Below are positions 39,670 through 50,260 of a stretch of DNA of 64,000 nucleotides, piece after piece; position 1 is the first letter of the stretch, and each line of letters opens with the position of its first letter. This DNA is from an uncultured delta proteobacterium. Lineage in GTDB: Bacteria > Desulfobacterota > Binatia > Bin18. The DNA lies in the NCBI GenBank assembly GCA_963733195.1, contig CAVTCR010000063.1, positions 22,589 to 86,588 of the forward strand, written 5' to 3'. The translations under genes and the position numbers were made by a program. The notes beneath the pieces were generated by a model. It made no database searches, was not told the DNA's origin, and saw nothing but the letters and a program-made list of their open reading frames with translations.

Positions 39670-40485
39670 TCAGTACCAAATCTCCATTCGCAATCGTTTG
39701 TGATCAACCGGTGGATCTACTGGGATGCGGCTGGCCTGATCGTTAGCGATGCGGAAGGCAGTCCAAGCGAGGACGTAGGCGTCGAGTATATCGTCGGGGG
39801 CGGCTTGAGAGCGGTTGAAAGGTAACGCAGATAGAAACATTTCGTGAAGAGAGGTTGTGTCATTCTGAAAGGAGCGGAGCGGAGTGAAGAATCTCTCTTG
39901 GGGGTATCGAAGGGAGGGATTCTTCGCTTCGCTCAGAATGACATTTCCGTGCTTGACGTTTGCTCTATAAGGGACCAGCCAATGACTAAGCACCTGTAAT
40001 CGCTCCTCCCGGCCTTCTCGTGTCTTCTTGTTATATTGCATCGGTGTATTAGCTAGTGACATGAACGCCAACTCGGGATGGGTTTCGTGGATGCGCTTTT
40101 GTAACTCTGGCGTCATCAATCGATCGACTTCGCGAATCTTCGGCAGGATGTTGAACGCTTGGATACTCAAGCCTTGGGTGCGAACTTGTTCGTAGTGTGT
40201 CGCTTGCAGCATCGGACGAGTAGGGGGAGAAAAAATGCTGCTGGCTCTGCGACCCAGGAATTTGCGGGCTTGTCGATCGCATTCCCGTCCTCCCGGTTGC
40301 CATGCATCGAGTAGACCGATGGGAATATCGATGGCAATCACTGCCGGTTGAGGGTCAAGCGCGAGAACGTCAGCAAAGGTGGGGCAGAGTATGACGTGAT
40401 GATCCCGTAAACTTCCGCCCTCGTGTTTGAGGAGTACGACGATCCAACCACCACGACAGCCATCTACGCCTGCGACCCGTGTCAT
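39670..40485 (-). CDS. DUF429 family protein carrying an in-frame repeat insertion
   Basis: MTRVAGVDGCRGGWIVV...AIDIPIGL...PDDILDAYVLAWTA. The ORF is uninterrupted. Confidence 0.8.
   Translation of the reverse strand: MTRVAGVDGCRGGWIVVLLKHEGGSLRDHHVILCPTFADVLALDPQPAVIAIDIPIGLLDAWQPGGRECDRQARKFLGRRASSIFSPPTRPMLQATHYEQVRTQGLSIQAFNILPKIREVDRLMTPELQKRIHETHPELAFMSLANTPMQYNKKTREGREERLQVLSHWLVPYRANVKHGNVILSEAKNPSLRYPQERFFTPLRSFQNDTTSLHEMFLSALPFNRSQAAPDDILDAYVLAWTAFRIANDQASRIPVDPPVDHKRLRMEIWY
39859..39942. mobile_element. 84-nt MITE-like palindromic element inserted in frame in the DUF429 gene
   Basis: Arms are GTCATTCTGA...GAAGAATC and GATTCTTCGCTTCGCTCAGAATGAC. It is translated as ...VILSEAKNPSLRYPQERFFTPLRSFQND.... 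84 nt equals 28 codons. Confidence 0.6.
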
Positions 40486-40693
40486 ATTTGCAAAAGCGAC
40501 CGGTACGAATAGCGCACCCTACAATTTCCGTTCGGAGGATGGCATTGGATGTACAACTCCTTTCAGAAAATGCTTGCTGCTACAAACCTCGTCCCTACTC
40601 TACCACAAGTAACTCCTTGATTTTCCGTCCCTCTGCTCTCTCGTATCTTCTGGTATAGATTGTGCGCTCTGTGATGGTTGAGAGGGAGCAACT

Positions 40694-41436
40694 ATGAGTA
40701 TTACGCTGATTGTTCTTGGTACTGGCATTGTCATGATGATATGTGAGGTTGCACGTCCAGGCCGGTCGTGGCCGCAGGTGGCTGGGTGGTGGACCCGAGC
40801 GGCCCTGTTGAATGGTCTCCAGGGCGTTATGGTGTTCATTGCTGGCGTTACTTGGGATCGTTGGTTGATCGAGCATCGCTTGTGGTCGGCTGATACGCTG
40901 GGCATTACTGGTGGTGCAATCGCCGGTTATCTGACTATCACGTTTATCTATTATTGGTGGCATCGCTGGCGACATGAAGTTCCGTTATTGTGGCGTTGGT
41001 TTCACCAAGTACACCATAGCCCGCAACGGATCGAAATCATCACCAGCTTCTACAAACACCCTTTGAACTTCTCGCCAACAGCATTCTGTCGAGCGCTATT
41101 CTCTACTTGTTAGTTGGCGTCGGTCCAGCAGCTGCAGCCCAAGCTGTTCTCATTAGTGGTCTGGCCGAATTGTTCTACCATTGGAACGTACGTACGCCGT
41201 ACTGGCTTGGTTATGTTTTCCAGCGACCGGAGAGTCATTGTGTCCATCATCAGCAAGGACTCCACTCCTATAACTTTGCAGATCTGCCAATATGGGACAT
41301 GCTGTTCGGGACGTTCCGTAATCCAGCGCAGTGGCAGGAACGCTGCGGGTTTGGGCCTGACCGAGAGTATCGACTTGGAGAGATGCTACTTGGTGTTGAT
41401 GTGAATCTGACTCCTGCAACGCGGAGGGCCGCATGA
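40694..41436 (+). pseudogene. Fatty acid hydroxylase / sterol desaturase family protein, one frameshift
   Basis: His boxes HRWRHE, HQVHHS and HCVHHQ are present. The frame changes between FYKHP and ELLANSILSSAILYLLVGVG (1-nt deletion near 41060). Confidence 0.8.
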
Positions 41437-41918
41437 ACAAGGCAGCGATCGCTCTCTTAATAGTGGGACTGCTCCAAATGACCGGTGATGTTCTTGGTAT
41501 TTCGGCATTGAAGGGGATCGGCGCAGCGACAGTGGCATCACCTGCACCAAAAGTGTTCTCTGCTGCACGAGGACTAGAAACGTATTCCAGTCGCTTCTTT
41601 CTCGAATGGACGGATCATGACGGTAAGGCTCATTCGCTTGTGCTCACGCCCGAGATCTATGGCCGACTTGCCGGTCCGTATAATCGACGCAACGTGTACG
41701 GAGCGGCATTGGCGTACGGACCGGTACTCTCTACTGACCCACGGACTCAGCCAATGTTCCAGGCCGTGATTCGCTACGCGTTCTGTGGCGAAGCTCCCAT
41801 GCTCAAAGAACTGGGCATTGATTCGCGTGCTGTTGCTGGTCAGGTACGTGTCCGCCTTGAACCGATTCCAGGAACGCCAGTAGACCTCCCGCGGGTGTTG
41901 GAGCCATCATGTCAATGA
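41433..41918 (+). CDS. Hypothetical membrane-anchored protein
   Basis: N-terminal TM or signal sequence (AAIALLIVGLLQM). ATGA overlaps the upstream gene. No family recognised. Confidence 0.5.
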   Translation: MNKAAIALLIVGLLQMTGDVLGISALKGIGAATVASPAPKVFSAARGLETYSSRFFLEWTDHDGKAHSLVLTPEIYGRLAGPYNRRNVYGAALAYGPVLSTDPRTQPMFQAVIRYAFCGEAPMLKELGIDSRAVAGQVRVRLEPIPGTPVDLPRVLEPSCQ

Positions 41919-43157
41919 ACAATGGCTGGACCGGTGGGCAGTATAGCTTGTTCCGCGTGCTGTTTGGGGCATATCTCTTCGTCCATTTTGCGCACCTCAT
42001 CCCATGGGGAAAGGAGCTATTTTCCAACCAGGGGATGCTCCCACAAGGAAGTGTCAGCCCGGTGTTGTGGTTATTTCCGAATATTCTTGCCTTGTGGGAT
42101 ACGTCGGCGTTTGTGACTACACTATTGGTGATTGCTACTGGTGTCAGCCTTTTGTTCGCAATTGGCTACTACGATCGCATGGCGGCGGTGGTGCTTTGGT
42201 ACATCTGGGCATGTCTGTTCGGGCGTAATCCACTCATTGCTAATCCCGGCTTACCGTATGTTGGTTGGCTGCTGCTTGCGCATGCCTGCTTGCCCGTTGC
42301 GCCGTATGGTTCGTGGGCGGCGCGGAATCGTTCAGATCCCGCTGGTTCGTGGCAGATGCCGCCATCGATTTATGCGGTTGCGTGGATTCTGATGGCAATT
42401 GGCTACACATATAGCGGTCTGTGGAAGCTAATGAGTCCGTCGTGGTTAGACGGTACTGCGCTCATCCGAGTCATGGAGAATCCCCTGGCCCGCTCAGGTC
42501 CGATTCGTGACTTGTTGTTATCGTTGCCGGAATGGATCTTACAGTCTCAAGACATGGGGCGCACTTACCTTAGAGATCGCGTTTGCTCCGCTCATCCTAA
42601 TTCCGTGGCTACGTCCGTGGATTTGGGGTCTCATGCTGATGATGCACTTTGCCCTGATGGCAGTTGTAGACTTTGCTGACCTGAGCCTTGGCATGGTGAT
42701 GTTGCATCTGTTTACGTTCAACCCGGCATGGATACGCCCACAGGCAGCGACAGCGCCCGACCTGGTTTTCTACGATGGCCACTGCGGGCTGTGTCATCGC
42801 GCAGTTCGGTTTTTATTGGCAGAAGACCCCACCAACGCGACCTTCCATTTTGCACCGCTTGAGAGTGAAACCTTTCGGACTGCAATCGGTGAAGATCAAC
42901 GAGCAACCTTACCTGACAGTATCATCGTGCAGACAGCCAGTGGTATTGTCCTCATGCGTTCGGCTGCGGTGTTGTATGCGCTTAAGCGATTGGGTGGCAT
43001 ATGGCGCTTGGTCGGGACCATTGCAGCGTTAGTCCCGGCTGGCGTCCGTGACTGGGCGTATGATGGGATTGCGCATATTCGCTACCGTCTCTTTCGTACT
43101 CCAGCGGAAGTATGCCCGCTTGTCCCTGCTGACCTGCGGGCTAGATTCAAAATGTGA
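41909..43157 (+). pseudogene. HTTM (vitamin-K carboxylase-like) domain fused to a DCC1-like thiol-disulfide oxidoreductase, one frameshift
   Basis: HTTM-like multi-TM N-terminal part (YSLFRVLFGAYLFVHF...). The frame changes near 42540. The C-terminal part is LVFYDGHCGLCHRAVRFLLAEDP (DCC/DUF393 motif). Confidence 0.7.
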
Positions 43158-43203
43158 CATTCGTCTACAACAAGTGAGGAACAAGTACGGAGAAAGAAGT
43201 CGT

Positions 43204-43611
43204 ATGGAAGAATCGTCGTCGACGCCAAACTTTCAGCCGCTCCGCATTTTGTGGACGGCTTTTCTAGGAGCGGTATGTGTCTATATTGTGATTGCTTATG
43301 CCCTTGGCCAAGGGCGGCTGGCCTCATCAGACCTCACTTTCATGGTGCCGATTTTGGCTGGAGCAGCAGTAGGGATGACACTATTAGCTTTTTCCGGCGG
43401 ACGACTGTTTGCGAAGATGGAGTATCAGGCATACTGCATTGTTCGTTGGGCGATGATTGAAAGTGTGGGGATCTTTGGGTTGCTACTGGCATTGCTTGGG
43501 GCTTCACTGACCACTGCTGTTGCTTTCTGTGGCTGGGCAGTGCTTTCACTTTTTCGTTTACGCCCGACGCCCGAGGATTATCAGCAATTCCTGCGTCTAC
43601 GAGGGCCTTAA
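43204..43611 (+). CDS. Hypothetical 4-TM membrane protein
   Basis: GGAGAAAG RBS before the ATG at 43204 and four hydrophobic segments. No family recognised. Confidence 0.5.
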   Translation: MEESSSTPNFQPLRILWTAFLGAVCVYIVIAYALGQGRLASSDLTFMVPILAGAAVGMTLLAFSGGRLFAKMEYQAYCIVRWAMIESVGIFGLLLALLGASLTTAVAFCGWAVLSLFRLRPTPEDYQQFLRLRGP

Positions 43612-43661
43612 TACGTAGACTTGCACCTTCGACCGTCAACCTTACCAGTTCCCTCGTCGTT

Positions 43662-43738
43662 CACTTTGCATTTCCCATTTTCCATTCTTAACTCTCCATT
43701 TTCCATTCTTCCTTCTTCCTTCTTCCCCTCCCCCTCCT
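43662..43738. repeat. 11-unit heptamer array (CATTTCC CATTTTC CATTCTT AACTCTC CATTTTC CATTCTT CCTTCTT ...)
   Basis: Read from the sequence. Intergenic, upstream of the hydrolase gene. Confidence 0.85.
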
Positions 43739-43789
43739 TGCTAAACCGCGACGAACCCGCACACTGAGGCGACGAGAGGAGTATCGTGC

Positions 43790-44566
43790 ATGAGTACACC
43801 ACAAGAACGGTTCGTGCAGGCAGGAGATTACCGTGTTCGTGTCCTTGAGGCAGGGCATGGTGATCCTCTGCTTTTCTTGCACAGCGCAATGGGCGCTGGT
43901 GTGTGGACCGATGGCATTGCGCGTCTTGCCCAGCGCTTTCGGGTGTTGTTGCCTGATCATCCTGGTTTTGGCCCTTCGCCGCTACCAGATTGGTTAGTTG
44001 GAATGGACGACATGGTTTTCCACTATATGGATTTCCTTGACGCCATGAACATCAATGGTCCAGTGCGTGTTATGGGGGCGTCGTTGGGCGGGTGGATCGC
44101 GGCGGAGCTTGCTGCCTTTCATCCTGAGCGGGTAAAGAAACTCGTTCTCGTCGATGCCGCCGGATTACGTATCCCGGCAGTACCGATGCCGGATGTGTTT
44201 CGTCTCCCGCCACAAGAGGTATTGCCCTTAGCCTTTCATGACCTGTCGAAAGCGATGGCGATTATGCCGAAAGACTTTGGGCCGGATTCGCTTGTGCAAA
44301 TGTTCCATGATCGCAGTGCCTTTGCTCGTCTCGCATGGAACCCATATTTGCATGATCCAAAGCTGCCACGCCGACTCCAACGAGCAACAGCTCCAACACT
44401 GGTTGTGTGGGGTCAGCAAGATCGACTCATTCCGCCCGTCTATGCCGAAGAATACAAACGCTTGCTGCCATCGGCGGAAGTTGTCTATATCGATCAGTGT
44501 GGTCACGACCCGACAATTGAACAGCCGGAAGAGTTCGCGCGAGTGGCGGTAGAGTTTTTACGTTAA
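43790..44566 (+). CDS. Alpha/beta hydrolase (meta-cleavage-product hydrolase-like)
   Basis: Contains HG oxyanion context (LLFLHSAMG), the nucleophile elbow GASLGG, and CGHDP near the C-terminus. Confidence 0.85.
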   Translation: MSTPQERFVQAGDYRVRVLEAGHGDPLLFLHSAMGAGVWTDGIARLAQRFRVLLPDHPGFGPSPLPDWLVGMDDMVFHYMDFLDAMNINGPVRVMGASLGGWIAAELAAFHPERVKKLVLVDAAGLRIPAVPMPDVFRLPPQEVLPLAFHDLSKAMAIMPKDFGPDSLVQMFHDRSAFARLAWNPYLHDPKLPRRLQRATAPTLVVWGQQDRLIPPVYAEEYKRLLPSAEVVYIDQCGHDPTIEQPEEFARVAVEFLR

Positions 44567-44570
44567 ACAA

Positions 44571-44596
44571 GGATTTGGGCTCCAACCCCCAAATCC
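44571..44596. repeat. 9-bp-stem hairpin GGATTTGGG-ctccaacc-CCCAAATCC built from heptamer-type units
   Basis: Read from the sequence, between the hydrolase stop and the LLM gene start. It is followed by TAAATCC TCAGGAG, with no T-run. Confidence 0.6.
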
Positions 44597-44620
44597 TAAA
44601 TCCTCAGGAGCAAAGCGACC

Positions 44621-45754
44621 ATGCAATCCTATTTTTTCCATCTCATGCCTTGGACAGACTACCCGGAAGATTTCGATGAAAAATATGAATCCTCGTGGGT
44701 GACGTTTCCCAATAAGTTCTACGATCCAGTCAAAGGCGCTGACCTGTACCACCGCTATCTTGATGAATTGGAGTATGCAGACACGCTAGGGTACGATGGC
44801 ATCTGCGTCAACGAGCACCACCAGAATGCCTATGGGTTGATGCCGTCACCGAACGTTATTGCCGGGATGTTGGCTCGTCGCACCAAGAACGCCAAGATTG
44901 CCGTCCTTGGCAATGGTCTTCCGTTGCGTGCGAACCCATTGCGCGTGGCAGAGGAGATGGCCATGCTCGATGTCGTGACCCGTGGACGTATGATCTCTGG
45001 TTTCGTACGCGGAATTGGTTGTGAATACCTCTCGCTTGACATCAATCCGACCTTCTCACGGGAGATGTTTTACGAAGCCCACGATTTGATCGTACGCGCG
45101 TGGACGGAACCTGGTCCCTTCGAGTTCCTGGGGAAACACTATCAGTACCGCTATGTGAATGTCTGGCCTCGTCCTTATACAAAACCGCATCCGCCTATTT
45201 GGCTGCCCTCGGCGGGGAGTTCTGAGACGATCGAGTTCGCAGCGCAACAACGCTACCCCTACGTGTCGGTGTTTACGCCGCTCGAGAACGTCAAGCGGCT
45301 TCTTACCTCGTACCGGACATGTGCGCGAGAGAAGTTTCAATACGAACCTCACCCGTCACAGCTTGGTTATGCGCCTGGAACTTATGTCTCAGATGATGAG
45401 CAGCGAGCTAAAGATGAAGCAGCCGAACACGGACAATTTTTTATGACGAAAGCGTTCAAGATTCCCCCACATTTTTTGATCCCACCAGGGTATGTAACGG
45501 AAAACTCTTTACGCGGGTTTCTTGCCGCTGGTCTCGGGCAGGGTAGTCCTGTCGGCGATATGATTGCAGGTACGCCAAAGACGGTGGCTGACCGTTTGAT
45601 TGCTGACTACGATTTTCTTGGCGGCTTTGGCTACATCATCGCGGGTGCAGGGCCGGGAAACGCGACGCACGAACAAACCGTCAAACACATGACGCTCTTT
45701 CAGGCTGAGGTTATGCCTGTATTAAAGAAATATCATGCGCAGAAAACTGCGTAG
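44621..45754 (+). CDS. LLM-class (luciferase-like) flavin-dependent oxidoreductase
   Basis: GYDGICVNEHHQNAYGLMPSPNV...AEEMAMLDVVTRGR, the LLM family pattern. Confidence 0.85.
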   Translation: MQSYFFHLMPWTDYPEDFDEKYESSWVTFPNKFYDPVKGADLYHRYLDELEYADTLGYDGICVNEHHQNAYGLMPSPNVIAGMLARRTKNAKIAVLGNGLPLRANPLRVAEEMAMLDVVTRGRMISGFVRGIGCEYLSLDINPTFSREMFYEAHDLIVRAWTEPGPFEFLGKHYQYRYVNVWPRPYTKPHPPIWLPSAGSSETIEFAAQQRYPYVSVFTPLENVKRLLTSYRTCAREKFQYEPHPSQLGYAPGTYVSDDEQRAKDEAAEHGQFFMTKAFKIPPHFLIPPGYVTENSLRGFLAAGLGQGSPVGDMIAGTPKTVADRLIADYDFLGGFGYIIAGAGPGNATHEQTVKHMTLFQAEVMPVLKKYHAQKTA

Positions 45755-45912
45755 GACTTCGATACTACGTGTTAGGAGCCCGCCATTTGCGTCGCATAAA
45801 GAATTCAGATAACACTGAGGGGGATCAAATAGCTTCCAGGGGGGAAGTAAAGGCAATCTTCATAAACCGCTGTACTAGGGCTAAGCAGAAGGATGAGGAA
45901 AGGAGACGTTCG

Positions 45913-46607
<695 letters not shown>

Positions 46608-47034
46608 CCGACCCTAGTGAACGAAGGAATGGCCGTGGGGGGAGGGCTTACCCTGCGGCTATTCTTTCCTCTGGAACGACAGCGCGCCGAACCATCTGCA
46701 ACCTTCCCCCCATCTTCTTCTACGATTTTCTGGTCTCTCTATTAACAAGTGGTGCGTGCGATGTTAGGGTTCAAATCCTTTTGGGTGGCCTGCTAAACGA
46801 TTGCTGACAAGGAAGTCGCCATTCGCAAGGGGCAGCTGGTGACTACTGGGAATGTGTTCCAATCGCTAGCGGATCAGTGTTACGCCTTGGCCAGATGGAT
46901 AACAGGGGGTGATTTTTGCTCGTCTTCATCTAAAGTTTGCGATAGAACCTGCCGTAGTGCTGTTACCTTCTGCGGCAGCAGGACCGGCACAGTGTCTAGC
47001 CAATGACATCTTCTAAATAGGAAGGGAGGGTTTT

Positions 47035-47731
47035 ATGCGAAAAAATTATGTGTTTTGGCTTCTCTGGGGAGCTGCACTACTGGGAATTTCGGGCTGCGGT
47101 ATGTCTGAAACTAAACGAAGGGGGACTATCGTCGGGGCAGCACTCGGCGCAACAGCACTCGGCGTCGGCGGAGTTGTGATAGCTGACGAATGTCGGCGAT
47201 GGGAATCGTCAAAGTGAAAGGTGGTATGGGGCTGGGATCGGGATCCTGGCCGGTGCAGTAATCGGAGGCGCGCTGGGGTATTGGCTGACGGATGAACCTG
47301 AGGTTTCACCGCCGCCGCCGCCACCGCCGCCACCACCACCGCCGCCACCACCGCCACCGCCACCTGCAATTACCTCGGGAACCACAATCCGGTTGCGTGG
47401 GGTGAATTTTGACTACGATAAAGCAAACATCAAGGCGGATTCTGCCGCAGTGCTCGATGAGGCCGCCCGACTGCTGAATGACAATCCGGACGTGCAGGTG
47501 AGGATTGTCGGTCATACTGATTCCATAGGGTCCGATGAGTACAACCAACGCCTCTCGGAACGGCGAGCACAAGCAGTGAAAGCCTACTTGGTTTCCAAAG
47601 GGATCGCTGCGAGTCGCTTAACGACCGAAGGTCGAGGGGAACAGGAACCTATTGCCGACAACACGAGGAATGGCAGAGACAATCCTGAGGGCCGGGCGAT
47701 GAACCGCCGGGCTGACTTGAAGGTCGAATAA
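47035..47731 (+). pseudogene. OmpA-domain lipoprotein, copy 2, with the same split architecture
   Basis: MRKNYVFWLLWGAALLGISGC...GVGGVVIADE... stops at 47217. The OmpA frame (…WYGAGIGILAGAVIGGALGYWLTDEPEVS-P19-…RGVNFDYDK…) again opens after TGATAG without a start codon. Confidence 0.7.
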
Positions 47732-47834
47732 CCGACCCTAGTGAACGAAGGAATGGCCGTGGGGGGAGGGCTTACCCTGCGGCTATTCTTTCCTCTGGAA
47801 CGACAGCGCGCCGAACCATCTGCAACCTTCCCCC
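47395..47834. repeat. About 440-bp near-identical duplicate (copy B)
   Basis: See 46271..46710. Confidence 0.85.
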
Positions 47835-47896
47835 TAAGCTTCCTACGTCATACAATGATCTTGACAGACTTACCTCAGCAGAATAAACTTCAAGAC

Positions 47897-49024
47897 TTAT
47901 CCAAGCTTTGCCTTGGTCACGCGTATGGCGGCGACCAACGAAACGATGAAGAAACCGCTTAGGAAGAGTAGATCCATGCCTACCTCTGCCAGTCCAGCCC
48001 CTTTGAGTGTAATAGCTCGGAGGGCATGGGCGAAATACCGAGCCGGTAAGCAATGAGATAGAAAGCTGACGAAAGCAGGATAGTTGTCAGTAGGCACTAA
48101 GATACCGGTAATAATCACCGACGGAAACATCACAAAAAATCCGAGGAAGATAGCTTGCTGAACATTCTGTGCCCACGATGAGAAAAAGATACCGAAAGCC
48201 ATGGTTGCTAACATGAAGACGAGCGCAACCAGGAGCAGCAGTAGGAGACTCCCTTTCACGGCAATGCCGTAGAAGAAATAATTCCCTGTCAGCATCATGA
48301 CGAGTGCGATAAAACCAACTCCGACATAGGGAAGAATCTTCCCCAACATAATCTCAGCCAGTGACAGTGGAGTGGCAAGAAGCTGCTCGAATGTTCCTCG
48401 CTCCCGTTCGAGGACGAGGGAGACCGATGCTAACATCAGACAAACTTGTGTCAGCAGATTGGCTGGCATTGTTGACAGAAGACCGAAGCGGTCCTGTAAT
48501 CCAGGATTGTACCAATAGCGCTTTTCTAGTGTCACACGAGGAGTTGAGATGCGCTGCTCGCTGCGATCCCGAGTGGGAAGTTGGGTTAATGAGAACGTGG
48601 CAGATGCCTGGGTAATATAATTAGCAAGACGGAGGGCACTACTCGTCTGTGCTCCATTAAGTAACACTTGAATAGGCGATTCTTGCCCTCGCATGAGCTT
48701 TTCATCGAAGTTCCACGGAATGATGATACCGGCAAGGCCATTACGGCGGCGTAAAAAATCCACGACGTCGTCCTCACTGCTGACATGCCGTGGTTCTTGA
48801 AGTGCAGTTAACGAAGTGAGGTCGCCGATCAGCCGACGTGACAGGTCGGTGTGCGACTGATCGTACACCACCCACTCTGCGTTAGTGACTTCGTTGGTGA
48901 TCGCCATACCAAACAGTACCAAATAGAGAATCGGCTGGATCAGGATCGCCGCAAGCAGGCCATGATCATGCCGCATCACGCGTGTTTCTTTGCGTGTGAC
49001 CGCGAGAATGTTGCGTAGGCGCAT
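47897..49024 (-). CDS. ABC-2 type transporter permease (YbhR/YbhS-like)
   Basis: MRLRNILAVTRKETRVMRHD..., six TM segments, ABC-2 family pattern. Likely start is the ATG at 49024. Confidence 0.85.
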   Translation of the reverse strand: MRLRNILAVTRKETRVMRHDHGLLAAILIQPILYLVLFGMAITNEVTNAEWVVYDQSHTDLSRRLIGDLTSLTALQEPRHVSSEDDVVDFLRRRNGLAGIIIPWNFDEKLMRGQESPIQVLLNGAQTSSALRLANYITQASATFSLTQLPTRDRSEQRISTPRVTLEKRYWYNPGLQDRFGLLSTMPANLLTQVCLMLASVSLVLERERGTFEQLLATPLSLAEIMLGKILPYVGVGFIALVMMLTGNYFFYGIAVKGSLLLLLLVALVFMLATMAFGIFFSSWAQNVQQAIFLGFFVMFPSVIITGILVPTDNYPAFVSFLSHCLPARYFAHALRAITLKGAGLAEVGMDLLFLSGFFIVSLVAAIRVTKAKLG

Positions 49025-49111
49025 AGTGTTAAGCTTTCTACACTCAGCTTTCAGCAGTTGAGCTTCACTCTCTTTTTTCTGACTGCATAGCTGAGTGCTA
49101 ACCACTGATTA

Positions 49112-50260
49112 CTAACTTTGCTTCTTAATTGTCCGGGAAGCTCCGGTCACAAACAGGGCCAGGAAGAAACACAGAATCGCAATTTCCGGCCAGAGCTCGG
49201 CAAATCCTTGCCCCTTCAGATAGATACCACGTGTCACACGCACATAATGGGTCAAAGGAAAAATCTCCCCGATCGTGCGAAACGGCTGACCCATGAGCGC
49301 CAAGGGAAATAAGAAATCAGAGAGCATCATCTGTGGAACCATCGTCAATACGCTGCGTTCAACTGCGTCGACCGAGGAACGCGCTAAGCTCGAAATCAGC
49401 AGCCCTTGGGCCAGGCCGATTAACAGAAAAATGGGAGTAACTGCCAACAGTAAAAGGGTGCTTCCAACCGGGAGCAGACCAAACAGCAGCCAGCCAGCAC
49501 CAATACAAAAGATGACGGCACCCATCGCGACCACGCCGAAGGGAAGAATCTTACCGAGCACAACTTCAGTGGATGTGACTGGAGTCACAAGCAGTTGTTC
49601 CAATGTTCCGGTCTCGCGCTCGCGCACCAGGGCAATGGCAGTGATAAAAACAGTCAAGAATAGACAGATCATGCCGAGCAGCCCCGGAAGAGTGAAGGCA
49701 GTACCTGAGAGGGTAGGGTTGAACAGCACTCGTCGTACTGGAGTCACGACCCCGACTGCCTCTGGACGCAGGTTTCTATCAGTGAGTGGAGTCCGCTCCA
49801 AGCGGGTGTGGGTGTAAAACGTCCGGGCGATGGCGGTGAGGAACCCTTCGGTGCTGGTCGCTAATGTAGTGTCTGCGGCATCGAGAAGTAAGCCAAGTCG
49901 GACTTCTTTCTGGTTGGCAATGAGTTCGCTAAAATCGGAGGGAATGAATAACGCCGCACGACAATGTTCGCGACCAAAGAACGTACTAATCTCATCAGCA
50001 TCATTGAGTGGAGTAATCGAGAAGTAACCCGTGGCAGCAATATCCCTCACGAATTGACGCGTCTCTCGGGTATGTGCACGGTCCAGGACACAGAGGGGAA
50101 GGTGGTCAAAGTCTGTGGTGATGGCATAGGCCATTAACACGAGTTGCAGAACCGGGATCAGGATCAAAATACGTAAGGTGAACTGATCGCGCCGGAGTTC
50201 GATGAACTCACGCCAGAGGAGAGCACGCAAGCGGTTAAGTTTGGCACGAAGCCGCGTCAT
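49112..50260 (-). CDS. ABC-2 type transporter permease (YbhS/YbhR-like)
   Basis: LRALLWREFIELRRDQFTL..., multi-TM, a paralog of the downstream permease. Confidence 0.85.
   Translation of the reverse strand: MTRLRAKLNRLRALLWREFIELRRDQFTLRILILIPVLQLVLMAYAITTDFDHLPLCVLDRAHTRETRQFVRDIAATGYFSITPLNDADEISTFFGREHCRAALFIPSDFSELIANQKEVRLGLLLDAADTTLATSTEGFLTAIARTFYTHTRLERTPLTDRNLRPEAVGVVTPVRRVLFNPTLSGTAFTLPGLLGMICLFLTVFITAIALVRERETGTLEQLLVTPVTSTEVVLGKILPFGVVAMGAVIFCIGAGWLLFGLLPVGSTLLLLAVTPIFLLIGLAQGLLISSLARSSVDAVERSVLTMVPQMMLSDFLFPLALMGQPFRTIGEIFPLTHYVRVTRGIYLKGQGFAELWPEIAILCFFLALFVTGASRTIKKQS

Noticed and set aside
44571-44596. Intrinsic terminator call for the hairpin between the hydrolase and LLM genes
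   Set aside because: The stem is strong but has no following T-run, and the unit structure matches the heptamer family. I kept it as a repeat or hairpin only.
46765-46800. tRNA-like T-arm motif (TAGGGTTCAAATCCTTT) downstream of OmpA copy 1
   Set aside because: No matching acceptor, D or anticodon arms can be drawn from the flanking sequence. It is a probable chance match or a tiny tRNA fragment.
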